IMG/VR virus record: IMGVR_UViG_3300043449_000866
Span: 1 to 33,620 of that record
Source of the DNA: a virus
DNA length: 33,620 bases
Strand: one strand, 5' to 3'
Each line of letters starts with the position of its first letter. The first letter of the stretch is position 1. The notes under the pieces are model-generated. The model saw only the letters and a list, made by a program, of their open reading frames with translations. It was not told the origin of the DNA and ran no database searches. Both the position numbers and the translations under genes were made by a program. This document shows positions 8,031 to 17,028 of this stretch, in pieces.

Positions 8031-8324
8031 ATGAAGAGTCCTGCTTGGCAAACAAAAGAAGGAAAAAACCCCAAGGGGGGCTTGAATGCCAAAGGTAGAG
8101 CATCGTATAATGCAGAAACAGGTGGCAATTTAAAACCACCAGTCAAGTCGGGAGATAACCCTCGTAGGGCATCCTTTTTAGCACGAATGGGCAATATGCC
8201 TGGCGCTGAGATGAAAGATGGAAAGCCTACCCGACTTTTACTTTCTCTTAGAGCTTGGGGCGCAACGTCCAAGGAAGACGCTAAAGCTAAAGCTAAAGCG
8301 ATCTCTAAGAGGAATATGAAGTGA
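8031..8324 (+). CDS. Small basic protein (97 aa)
   Basis: GAGGT RBS and ATG at 8031. Motif AWQTKEGKNPKGGLNAKGRASY...RRASFLARM...KPTRLLLSLRAW. The track ORF 7872-8324 was trimmed to this start. Confidence 0.6.
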   Translation: MKSPAWQTKEGKNPKGGLNAKGRASYNAETGGNLKPPVKSGDNPRRASFLARMGNMPGAEMKDGKPTRLLLSLRAWGATSKEDAKAKAKAISKRNMK

Positions 8325-8656
8325 GACCAGTATCTGTTGGAGTTAGCCCTGCTGCGGCAACATTGACTACTGTTTACACAGTACCAACGGGTTACTACGC
8401 CAAATTTACTGTCATGTATATCCACAATACTGGTGGATCGACAAAGCACATCACAGTTCAATGGTATGACGCTAGTTCAGCAACTACTTATGACATTCTT
8501 GTTCAATACGACTTTACTGCTAAAGCCTATCTTCAGTTTGATGGCAATGCTTATATCGTTTTAGAAGAAGGCGATAAGATTCAAATTACGACTCAAAGTG
8601 CAAGTACATTCAGTTTTATTGCCACATTTGAGGTTCAAGGAGCACAACGAACATGA
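8321..8656 (+). CDS. Virion structural protein (111 aa), function unknown
   Basis: GTGA coupling; beta-rich sequence within the morphogenesis block. Confidence 0.55.
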   Translation: MRPVSVGVSPAAATLTTVYTVPTGYYAKFTVMYIHNTGGSTKHITVQWYDASSATTYDILVQYDFTAKAYLQFDGNAYIVLEEGDKIQITTQSASTFSFIATFEVQGAQRT

Positions 8657-9297
8657 CCTACTTAGAACTTGTTAACGATGTGTTAGTTCGCTTGCGTGAA
8701 AGCACAGTATCTACTGTTGGCGAAACAATCTACTCCTCTTTGATTGGCAAGTTTGTCAATGATGCCAAGCGTCAGATTGAAGATACATACACTTGGAATG
8801 TCTTAAATCAGACAGTTACAGTTACGACTGCTGCCAATACAAGTTCATACTCTTTAACTGGTACTGGTCAGAAGTTTCGTATTGCTGAAGCCCTTAATAC
8901 TACAAGCAATATTGTATTGAGCAACATTGCAGTTTCAGACATGAACCGCAAGTTGAGTTTTGGCACACCAGCTACAGGCATTCCTGCACAATATTGCTTC
9001 AATGGCGCAGATTCTAGTGGTGACACAAAAGTTGATTTGTATCCTATTCCTTCTGGCGTATTTACTTTAAAGTTTGAAGTGACTATTCCACAAGCTAATT
9101 TGACTGCTGATGGTACTTCAGTCAAAGTTTTAGACTACTTGGTGACTCAAAGTGCCTATGCTCGTGCTTTGATTGAGCGTGGCGAAGATGGTGGAACAAA
9201 CTCTACCGAGGCTTATGCTCTGTTTAAAGGAATGCTCTCTGACGCTATTGCGATGGAAAGCACTCGTTATCCTGAAGACAACTTTGTGGCAATCTAA
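8653..9297 (+). CDS. Putative head-to-tail adaptor or tail tubular A-like protein
   Basis: 214 aa. The N-terminal helix YLELVNDVLVRLRE...DAKRQIEDTYTWNVL resembles adaptor proteins. Assigned mainly from position before the large nozzle-like protein. Confidence 0.4.
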   Translation: MTYLELVNDVLVRLRESTVSTVGETIYSSLIGKFVNDAKRQIEDTYTWNVLNQTVTVTTAANTSSYSLTGTGQKFRIAEALNTTSNIVLSNIAVSDMNRKLSFGTPATGIPAQYCFNGADSSGDTKVDLYPIPSGVFTLKFEVTIPQANLTADGTSVKVLDYLVTQSAYARALIERGEDGGTNSTEAYALFKGMLSDAIAMESTRYPEDNFVAI

Positions 9298-10841
9298 TGG
9301 CATCACAACTTCAAAGCTACAGTCTCTCAGCACCAGGCTTTTATGGTCTGAATACTGAAGATTCTCCCCTCGATTTAGGGGCGGGATTTGCTTTGGTTGC
9401 GACTAACTGCATCTTGGATCAGTATGGTCGTATTGGTGCTAGAAAAGGTTGGTCAAGAGTTAACTCATCAACTGGTGCTTTGGGTGCTAATGACGTTGGT
9501 GTTATCCATGAATTAGTCCAGACTGACGGGACTCTTACAGTTCTGTTTGCTGGCAACAATAAGCTATTCAAACTTGGCACTTCTAATGCGGTGACTGAGT
9601 TGACCTATGGTGGGGGGGGTACTGCTCCTACCATTACTGCATCCAACTGGCAAACTGCCTCCTTGAATGGGATTGCATACTTCTTTCAAACAGGTCACGA
9701 TCCTTTGATTTATGACCCCGCAGTAAGTACAACTACTTATCGCAGAATATCTGAGAAGTCAGGTTATGTTGCGACTGTTCCACAAGCCAACATCTGCATC
9801 TCAGCATTTGGTCGTCTGTGGGTGGCTAATACTGCTACTGACAAAACAACTATCACCTTCTCTGATCTGATTGCAGGTCATGTATGGGGGGGTGGTACTT
9901 CAGGCTCATTAGATGTCTCTCGTGTATGGCCTAATGGTGCTGATGAAGTGATGGGCTTGGCAGCTCACAATGACTTCTTGTTTATCTTTGGTAAACGACA
10001 GATTCTTGTCTATTCTGGTGCTTCTACCCCCGCATCTCTTGTTCTAAGCGACACAGTAGGTTCTATTGGGTGCATAGCAAGGGATACCATACAAAGTATT
10101 GGTACTGACGTAGTTTTCTTGTCAGATTCAGGTGTTCGCTCATTGATGAGGACTATCCAAGAGAAGTCTGCTCCCCTGAGAGACCTATCTAAGAATGTTC
10201 GTTTTGACCTAAATTCATCTTTAGCAAGCGAAACATTGGCTAATTTGAAGTCTGTTTACTCAGAAAAAGAAGCCTTTTATCTGCTTGTTTTACCCGCATC
10301 TTTCCAAGTTTACTGCTTTGATACCAAGCAAACATTGCAAGATGGTGCTTCCCGTGTAACCAAGTGGGACTCAATTGCTCCTACTGCTTTACGTTCATTG
10401 CGTAATGGCGACTTGTATATTGGTAAGAATGGCTATATCGGCAAGTATGGAACTTATCTTGATGACACCAATACGTACCGATTTGCGTACTACACGAATA
10501 ATGCAGACTTGGGCAACCCTAACCAGATTTCTATTCTGAAGTCTGTTACTGCCATTGTGATTGGTGGCTCAGATCAGTTCTTATCTATCAATTGGGGCTT
10601 TGATTATTCAGGTGCTTATCGTGCCGAGAACGTCTATATTCCTTCACAGACAAGTTATGAATATGGAACTGCTGAATACAACATTGCTGAATACACAAGC
10701 GGTGTGCCAATTAAGACTCTTTCTGCCAATGCTTCAGGTGCAGGAAAGATTGTTCAAACAGGGTATGAAACAACCATTAAAGGTGTTTCTTTTTCATTGC
10801 AAAAGATTGAAATTCAAGCCAAAGATGGCAAAATGGGCTAA
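9297..10841 (+). CDS. Putative tail nozzle or tubular B-like (beta-propeller-like) protein
   Basis: 514 aa, TAATG coupling, and lies between the adaptor-like gene and the tail fibre. Confidence 0.4.
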   Translation: MASQLQSYSLSAPGFYGLNTEDSPLDLGAGFALVATNCILDQYGRIGARKGWSRVNSSTGALGANDVGVIHELVQTDGTLTVLFAGNNKLFKLGTSNAVTELTYGGGGTAPTITASNWQTASLNGIAYFFQTGHDPLIYDPAVSTTTYRRISEKSGYVATVPQANICISAFGRLWVANTATDKTTITFSDLIAGHVWGGGTSGSLDVSRVWPNGADEVMGLAAHNDFLFIFGKRQILVYSGASTPASLVLSDTVGSIGCIARDTIQSIGTDVVFLSDSGVRSLMRTIQEKSAPLRDLSKNVRFDLNSSLASETLANLKSVYSEKEAFYLLVLPASFQVYCFDTKQTLQDGASRVTKWDSIAPTALRSLRNGDLYIGKNGYIGKYGTYLDDTNTYRFAYYTNNADLGNPNQISILKSVTAIVIGGSDQFLSINWGFDYSGAYRAENVYIPSQTSYEYGTAEYNIAEYTSGVPIKTLSANASGAGKIVQTGYETTIKGVSFSLQKIEIQAKDGKMG

Positions 10842-10852
10842 GGAGAAATACT

Positions 10853-13438
10853 GTGAGCCAATACACCAAGACCACCAATTTCGCCAGTAAAGATAATCTA
10901 TCACCTGGCAATCCATTAAAGATTGTTAAGGGTACTGAGATTGATACTGAGTTCAACAACATTCAGACTGCTGTTGGCACTAAAACAGACAATGCTTCTG
11001 CCGCAATTACTGGTGGTTCAATTACTGGTATTACTGATCTAGCGGTGGTTGATGGCGGTACTGGTGCTTCTACGGCTACTGCTGCTTTGAACAACCTATT
11101 GCCTAGCCAAACAAGCAACGCAAACAAGTATCTCCAAACTGATGGCACTAACGCATCATGGGATGCAGTAAGCCTTTCTACTTCCGACATTACTGGCACT
11201 TTGCCCGTTGCGAATGGTGGTACTGGTGTAACTAGCTCAACAGGTACAGGCAATGTTGTTCTGTCAAACAGTCCTACTTTGGTGACTCCCGCATTGGGAA
11301 CTCCCTCTGCACTTGTCGGCACAAATATCACAGGAACTGCCTCTGGCTTAACTGCTGGCAATGTTACGACAAATGCTAATCTGACAGGTGGCGTAACTTC
11401 AGTTGGTAATGCCACTACAGTTGTGACAAACGCCAATTTAACAGGCGCAGTAACCTCAGTTGGCAATGCAACGTCTTTAGGATCATTTAGTTCTGCAAAC
11501 TTACTTGCGGCTTTGACTGACGAAACTGGTACTGGTTCTGCTGTATTTGCAACATCACCAACGTTAGTTACACCCGCTTTAGGAACTCCCTCTAGTGCAA
11601 CTCTGACCAACGCTACTGGCTTGCCTATCAGCACTGGTGTTTCGGGTCTTGGAACAGGCGTAGCAACCTTTCTAGGTACTCCATCAAGTGCTAACTTGCT
11701 TGCGGCTGTTTCTGATGAGACAGGTACAGGTGCTTTAGTCTTTGCAACAAGTCCTACCCTAGTTACACCCGCCCTTGGAACTCCAAGCGCATTGGTTGGC
11801 ACAAACATTACGGGTACTGCTTCAGGTCTGACAGCGGGTAACGTCACCACTAATGCAAACCTTACTGGTGCTATTACATCTACTGGTAATGCAACATCTC
11901 TTGGTTCATTTAGTTCTGCCAACCTTTTAGCGGCTTTGACAGATGAGACAGGTACTGGTGCTAACGTATTTGCTACTTCTCCCACTTTGGTGACTCCTAT
12001 TCTTGGAACACCAACAAGTGCAACCTTGACCAATGCAACTGGTTTGCCATTGACCACAGGCGTAACAGGTCAACTCCCTGTTGCCAATGGTGGTACAGGA
12101 ACAGCAACTCCTAGTATTGTTGCGGGAACAAACGTAACTGTTACTGGAACATGGCCTAACCAAACCATTGCGGCTTCTGGAGGTGGTGGTTCTGGAACTG
12201 TAACTAGCGTTGCGGCAACAGTACCAAGTCTCTTTAGTATTTCTGGTTCACCGATTACTACATCTGGCACATTGGCAATGACCTACTCAGGTACTGCTTT
12301 GCCAGTAGCCAATGGCGGTACGGGGGTTACAACCTCGACAGGAACAGGCAACAATGTTTTGTCAGCATCACCTACCTTAACAGGTGATGTGACTCTTAAT
12401 GCTCAAGGTGATTTGAGATTTGCTGATGCTGACTCATCAAATTGGGTAGCTTTTCAAGCACCTGCAACAGTTGCCGCAAATGTGACTTGGACACTTCCTG
12501 CTACTGATGGAACAAGCGCACAAGTATTGTCAACCAATGGCTCTGGAACTTTGTCTTGGGCTACTGCATCTGGTGGCTCAAGCCAATGGACAACTAGCGG
12601 TTCAAACATTTATTACACAACAGGCCTTGTTTCAATTGGAACAACTACCACAGCCGCTTCAGATGCGATGCTGACACTTTACAACCCGTCTGCTGCTACT
12701 TCTCAAATCTATTTGCAAAACACAGGAACTGGAACAGGCTCAACAAATGGGTCTAGATTCTTGATGAGTGCAACCGAGTTGTCTTTGACCAACAAAGAAA
12801 ACGGCCCAATAATTTTTGCGACTAACGACACAGAACGAGCTAGATTTACTAATACAGGTTACTTAAAAGCAAGTGATACTGGTACTTATACAAATAGCAC
12901 CTCTACCACAAATGAATTTAATAACAGTGCTAACAATACAGGCTTAGAGATTAGAAGTTCTAATGCTAGTTTTACAGGCTATTCATTTGCCATAAACGCT
13001 GATAGAAATACAACTGATAACTCATATTACTTTATTGGTGCAGCTTGTTTTGGTGTCGCTTTTAGGTTTAGGGTTGCTGATTCAGGAAATGTAACAAACA
13101 CCAATAATAGTTATGGCGCAATTTCTGATGTTAAGTTAAAAGAAAACATTGTTGACGCATCACCAAAACTTGCTGACCTAATGCAAGTCAAGGTGCGTAA
13201 CTACAACATGATTGGCGACACAAACAAGCAACTTGGTGTTGTTGCTCAAGAGTTGGAAACAGTTTTCCCATCAATGATTGATGAGTCTCCTGACAAAGAC
13301 GCAGAAGGAAATCACCTTGGCACAACTACAAAGGCTGTGAAATACAGCGTGTTTGTTCCAATGCTTATAAAAGCTATCCAAGAACAACAAACAATTATTG
13401 AGTCGCTTAAATCACGACTTGATGCTGCCAATCTGTAA
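10853..13438 (+). CDS. Tail fibre with a C-terminal S74 intramolecular chaperone (autoproteolytic) domain
   Basis: GTG start preceded by AAGGAG. Contains repeated LPVANGGTG and SPTLVTPALGTPS modules. The C-terminal SDVKLKENI...GVVAQELETVFP...AVKYSVFVPMLIKAIQEQQ matches the endosialidase/tail-fibre chaperone signature. Confidence 0.85.
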   Translation: MSQYTKTTNFASKDNLSPGNPLKIVKGTEIDTEFNNIQTAVGTKTDNASAAITGGSITGITDLAVVDGGTGASTATAALNNLLPSQTSNANKYLQTDGTNASWDAVSLSTSDITGTLPVANGGTGVTSSTGTGNVVLSNSPTLVTPALGTPSALVGTNITGTASGLTAGNVTTNANLTGGVTSVGNATTVVTNANLTGAVTSVGNATSLGSFSSANLLAALTDETGTGSAVFATSPTLVTPALGTPSSATLTNATGLPISTGVSGLGTGVATFLGTPSSANLLAAVSDETGTGALVFATSPTLVTPALGTPSALVGTNITGTASGLTAGNVTTNANLTGAITSTGNATSLGSFSSANLLAALTDETGTGANVFATSPTLVTPILGTPTSATLTNATGLPLTTGVTGQLPVANGGTGTATPSIVAGTNVTVTGTWPNQTIAASGGGGSGTVTSVAATVPSLFSISGSPITTSGTLAMTYSGTALPVANGGTGVTTSTGTGNNVLSASPTLTGDVTLNAQGDLRFADADSSNWVAFQAPATVAANVTWTLPATDGTSAQVLSTNGSGTLSWATASGGSSQWTTSGSNIYYTTGLVSIGTTTTAASDAMLTLYNPSAATSQIYLQNTGTGTGSTNGSRFLMSATELSLTNKENGPIIFATNDTERARFTNTGYLKASDTGTYTNSTSTTNEFNNSANNTGLEIRSSNASFTGYSFAINADRNTTDNSYYFIGAACFGVAFRFRVADSGNVTNTNNSYGAISDVKLKENIVDASPKLADLMQVKVRNYNMIGDTNKQLGVVAQELETVFPSMIDESPDKDAEGNHLGTTTKAVKYSVFVPMLIKAIQEQQTIIESLKSRLDAANL
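11200..12360 (+). repeat. Protein-level tandem and nested repeats inside the tail fibre gene
   Basis: The modules SPTLVTP(A/I)LGTP, GSFSSANLLAALTDETGTG and LPVANGGTG each occur several times. The nucleotide copies have diverged strongly. Confidence 0.8.
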
Positions 13439-13449
13439 AGGAAAATATC

Positions 13450-15555
13450 ATGGCTACACAAGCAGAAATCAATGCGGCTCTAGCGGCTGAGTTGGCGGCA
13501 AGACCAGGCACGTCAAGAGAGGCTTTGTCTGCTTATGCCCAAAGCACCTATGGACTGACTCCAGATCAAATCAATGCGGCTTATTCCTCGTTGGGTTCAG
13601 GAGGAACCACTGTTGCTACCCCAGTAATTACTACTCCAACAACAAATACAGGTCTACTTACTCAAGGTCAGAACTTATCTTTGACCAACCAAGTAAAGAC
13701 GTATTCAGATGCCGAAGTTCAGAAGGCGTTAAAAGACCTAAGTTATCTTGATCCTTATGCTTCTATTCGGGATATTGTTTCTGCGGCTCAAGCCTATGGA
13801 ATCAGTAGAGATAGAGTTATCAAGAACATTAGTGCTTTTACATATAACTCTACCAATGTTGATAAACTAGCAAAACAAATCCTAGCCCAGAACACAACTG
13901 GTACTTGGAAGGGTGATGTTAAGCCTGAAACTGCCGCCCGTTATATGGCTGATGACTTAGCTAAGAGTGGCGTTACCGACATTTCACAAGTGGGTAAAAG
14001 TTTTCTTGGCGTGATTAACAAAGAAACTGGTGAGAAACTTGTTTCTGGTTATGGCGAAAGAACCAAGGGAAATCTCTGGTCTGGCTCTTACGAAGGTGCT
14101 GGTAATACTGGTTTTGGTGTTCAGTTTACTGAAGCTGGTAAACCAATATTCTATACAGAAGGTGCGTCTTCAAGCACTCTGAAAAAAGACTTAGTTAAAG
14201 CCGCTATTGTTGCGGGTGCGGCACTCGGAATTGCTGGCCCTGAAGCACTCTCAGGAATATTTGGTTCTGGATCAGCGGCTCTTACTGCTACTGAGGCGGC
14301 AGGTCTAGGCTTAACTGCAACAGAAGCGGCAGGACTTGGGTTTACGTCTTCACAATTGGCGGCAGCGGGTTACACAGCGGCAGAGGTAGGTGCTGTTACT
14401 GCGGCTACTGGTGCAACTACTGGTCTTTTGACAGGCAATGCGGCTACCACTGCGGCAACGGCACTTACTGCCTCACAGATTGCTGATGCGGCTAAATTAG
14501 GTCTAACTGCGGCTCAATATGCGGGTTTGCTTACAACAGGAGCACAAACTGCGGCAGGTCTTCTCCAACAGCAGACTTCTAAAGAAGCGGCTGATAAAGC
14601 AAGGGCAATGATTGATACTGAGACTGCTGCCGCTAAACAAGCTGCGGCTTTTCGTCCAGTAGGAATGACCACTCGCTTTGGTACGTCTGAATTTAAACTT
14701 GATCCAGTAACAGGTCAGTTGATAAGCGCAGGATATACGGCAAGCCCAGGTGTTTTAGAAGCACAGAATCGTTTGGTTGCTTTAGGTAATCAAGGTTTGG
14801 CACAAGCTGAAGGCGCACAGGCACAATTTGCTCCTTTGCAAACAGGCGCACAGAGTTTGTTTGGTTTGGGCAATAAGTACCTTGCTCAGAATCCTCAAGA
14901 TGTTGCTCAGAACTATCTCAATCAACAGATGCAATTGTTACAACCAGGCAGAGAGTTGGAGTTAGCTAATCTGCAAAACAAACTGCAACAACAAGGTCGT
15001 GGTGGTTTGGCGGTTGCTCAAGGTGGTACTTTGGGTAATACAACTCCTGAACTGCAGGCTTTGTATAACGCTCGTGCTACTCAAGAGGCTCAATTGGCGG
15101 CTGGTGCTCAACAAGCAGGTCAACAACAGGTTGCATTTGGTGCGGGATTGCTTAATACTGGCGCACAGACTATGGGTCAGTATTACGCAGGTCAACAAGC
15201 GGCTTATGCTCCTTACACTACTGCTTTGGGACAATTCCAGAACCTAGAGACTTTGGCACAACAACCATTGACAATGGGTGCAAACCTTGCTCAACAATCT
15301 GCTACCGCAGGTGCTAATGTGGCTCGTTTTGGTTTATTGGGTGCGGGTCAAAGCGTAGACTTGGCTACTGGTGCAGCGGCAACCAGAAACCCATACGCTT
15401 CTGCTTTATATGGTGCGGCTTCCAACCCCTTGGTTGGAGAGGCTTTAACAGGCGCATTGTCTGGTGTACCACCAACTACGGCCTTGAGTGCGCCAGCAAC
15501 AACATTTGGAACTGGTAACTATTATGGTAGCCAAGACCTCGGTTTATATTTGTAA
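13450..15555 (+). CDS. Large Ala/Gly/Thr/Gln-rich virion protein (putative internal/ejection protein)
   Basis: 701 aa, the first of three large genes after the fibre. Contains the tandem decapeptide LTATEAAGLG x2 (about 14281-14340). Confidence 0.45.
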   Translation: MATQAEINAALAAELAARPGTSREALSAYAQSTYGLTPDQINAAYSSLGSGGTTVATPVITTPTTNTGLLTQGQNLSLTNQVKTYSDAEVQKALKDLSYLDPYASIRDIVSAAQAYGISRDRVIKNISAFTYNSTNVDKLAKQILAQNTTGTWKGDVKPETAARYMADDLAKSGVTDISQVGKSFLGVINKETGEKLVSGYGERTKGNLWSGSYEGAGNTGFGVQFTEAGKPIFYTEGASSSTLKKDLVKAAIVAGAALGIAGPEALSGIFGSGSAALTATEAAGLGLTATEAAGLGFTSSQLAAAGYTAAEVGAVTAATGATTGLLTGNAATTAATALTASQIADAAKLGLTAAQYAGLLTTGAQTAAGLLQQQTSKEAADKARAMIDTETAAAKQAAAFRPVGMTTRFGTSEFKLDPVTGQLISAGYTASPGVLEAQNRLVALGNQGLAQAEGAQAQFAPLQTGAQSLFGLGNKYLAQNPQDVAQNYLNQQMQLLQPGRELELANLQNKLQQQGRGGLAVAQGGTLGNTTPELQALYNARATQEAQLAAGAQQAGQQQVAFGAGLLNTGAQTMGQYYAGQQAAYAPYTTALGQFQNLETLAQQPLTMGANLAQQSATAGANVARFGLLGAGQSVDLATGAAATRNPYASALYGAASNPLVGEALTGALSGVPPTTALSAPATTFGTGNYYGSQDLGLYL

Positions 15556-15564
15556 GGATTCATC

Positions 15565-17028
15565 ATGGCAGAAAATATCGTAGCGGGTCTGTTTGGCATA
15601 ACCCCACAAATGTATGGTGAGCAACAAAGAACAAGTGCTTTAGCAGAAGGCATTAGATTAGCCCAATTAAGCCCAGAGGCGGCAGGTGCGGCAATGACCT
15701 ATGCGGGTGCTAGAGGGCTTGGTGGTGCTATTGCAGGTGCTATGGGTGTACAAGACCCTGCTCTTATGCGTATGACGCAACGTAATCAGTTACTACAAGA
15801 GATGGATATTAGTAATCCACAATCTTTAATTGAAGTAGCAAAGAAAGCCGCTAGTATTGGAGATAATGAGTTTGCTATGGCTTTGGTTGATAAGGCTCGC
15901 AATACAGAAAGTTTAATAGCACAAACACAACAAAGAAAATCGGCTGCATTAGCATCTGAGGCTCAGGCTTCTCGTGAACGTCAACAAGCAACTCCTAATG
16001 ATATTCAGATTGCAAACAAAATTGCAAGTTTGAAAGATGGAATTACACAATTAGAAGCCGCAGAGCAAACTCCTGAAAACAATCGAACAAAGAATATATT
16101 GACGTATCAGTTAGCTGAGTTAGAGCGTATAACAGATAAGACTAAACAAACCGCACCTAATGTTAAAACTGTTGGCGTTGCAGAAGGAACTAAAAAAGCA
16201 GTTTTCTTGGATGTTAATTCTGACCAACAATTTACTTATGAAATTGGAGATGATGGCAAACAATATCGTAAGCCTTATGCTGGTCAAGTTAATAGAGTTA
16301 CATCAACTACAACAGTTGGAGTAAAGTTGCCAGAGCAAGAAAAAGAAGAAAAAGGTGCTCGTGGGAAAATGTTGGTTAAACAATATGAGGGCGTTTCAGA
16401 TCAAGCCCGTATTGCTGTTAGAACATTGCCAAGTTTAGAGTCAAACTTATCTATACTAGATAAAGGTTTTGATACTGGATTTGGTACTGAAGTTGTTGCC
16501 GCAGGAGCAAAAGTATTAGCGGCTTTAGGTGTTCCAGAAGCTGAACGTCTTGCTACAAATGCTCAAACATTCTTAGCCAATGCAAATGCCGCTGTTTTAC
16601 AACGTCAGTTAGAACAAAAAGGCCCACAGACAGAATCTGATGCTCAACGGATTACTACTACTGGCGCACAATTTGGTAATACTAAAGAAGCAAATAGATT
16701 CTTGATTGGTGTTGCAAAAGCTCAATTGAAGAGAGACATTGACCAACGTAATTTTTACGACAAATGGTGGAAAACAAATTCAACCTATGATGGTGCAGAA
16801 GATGCATGGTTTAGCGGTGAGGGTGGCAAATCTTTATTTGATAGACCTGAACTGAAAGCCTATAGAGTTAAAGAATCTGCAGCATCACAAATACCAAGTC
16901 AAATGCAAAATGCTACAAATATTCCTCAAACCGCAATTGATGCTCTCAAACGTGGTGCTGGTACTGATGCACAATTTGATGCTTTATTTGGGGCGGGTGC
17001 GGCACAACGAGTAAAAGGAGCAAAATAA
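15565..17028 (+). CDS. Putative internal virion protein (487 aa)
   Basis: AAGGA RBS, tight packing, and a position analogous to podovirus core proteins. Confidence 0.4.
   Translation: MAENIVAGLFGITPQMYGEQQRTSALAEGIRLAQLSPEAAGAAMTYAGARGLGGAIAGAMGVQDPALMRMTQRNQLLQEMDISNPQSLIEVAKKAASIGDNEFAMALVDKARNTESLIAQTQQRKSAALASEAQASRERQQATPNDIQIANKIASLKDGITQLEAAEQTPENNRTKNILTYQLAELERITDKTKQTAPNVKTVGVAEGTKKAVFLDVNSDQQFTYEIGDDGKQYRKPYAGQVNRVTSTTTVGVKLPEQEKEEKGARGKMLVKQYEGVSDQARIAVRTLPSLESNLSILDKGFDTGFGTEVVAAGAKVLAALGVPEAERLATNAQTFLANANAAVLQRQLEQKGPQTESDAQRITTTGAQFGNTKEANRFLIGVAKAQLKRDIDQRNFYDKWWKTNSTYDGAEDAWFSGEGGKSLFDRPELKAYRVKESAASQIPSQMQNATNIPQTAIDALKRGAGTDAQFDALFGAGAAQRVKGAK

Noticed and set aside
6755-8461. 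Minus-strand ORFs 6755-7219 (154 aa), 7405-7722, 7801-8139 and 7859-8461 (200 aa)
   Set aside because: All are antisense to tightly coupled plus-strand genes carrying recognisable conserved motifs. They have hydrophobic, low-complexity translations and no RBS.
10963-12057. 364-aa antisense ORF (minus strand) across the tail-fibre repeat region, the longest minus-strand ORF in the late region
   Set aside because: It lies wholly inside the well-supported tail-fibre gene. Its sequence is a low-complexity Val/Pro/Ala string produced by reading GNN/ACN-rich Gly/Thr/Ala codons backwards. It has no RBS and no gene context on that strand.
14962-15247. Short ORFs on both strands (14962-15234 minus, 14999-15247 plus) inside the 701-aa gene, and similar ones inside the 860-aa gene (18270-19592)
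   Set aside because: They are embedded in long, well-supported plus-strand ORFs. They arise from Gln/Ala/Leu-rich repetitive codon usage and have no independent start signals.
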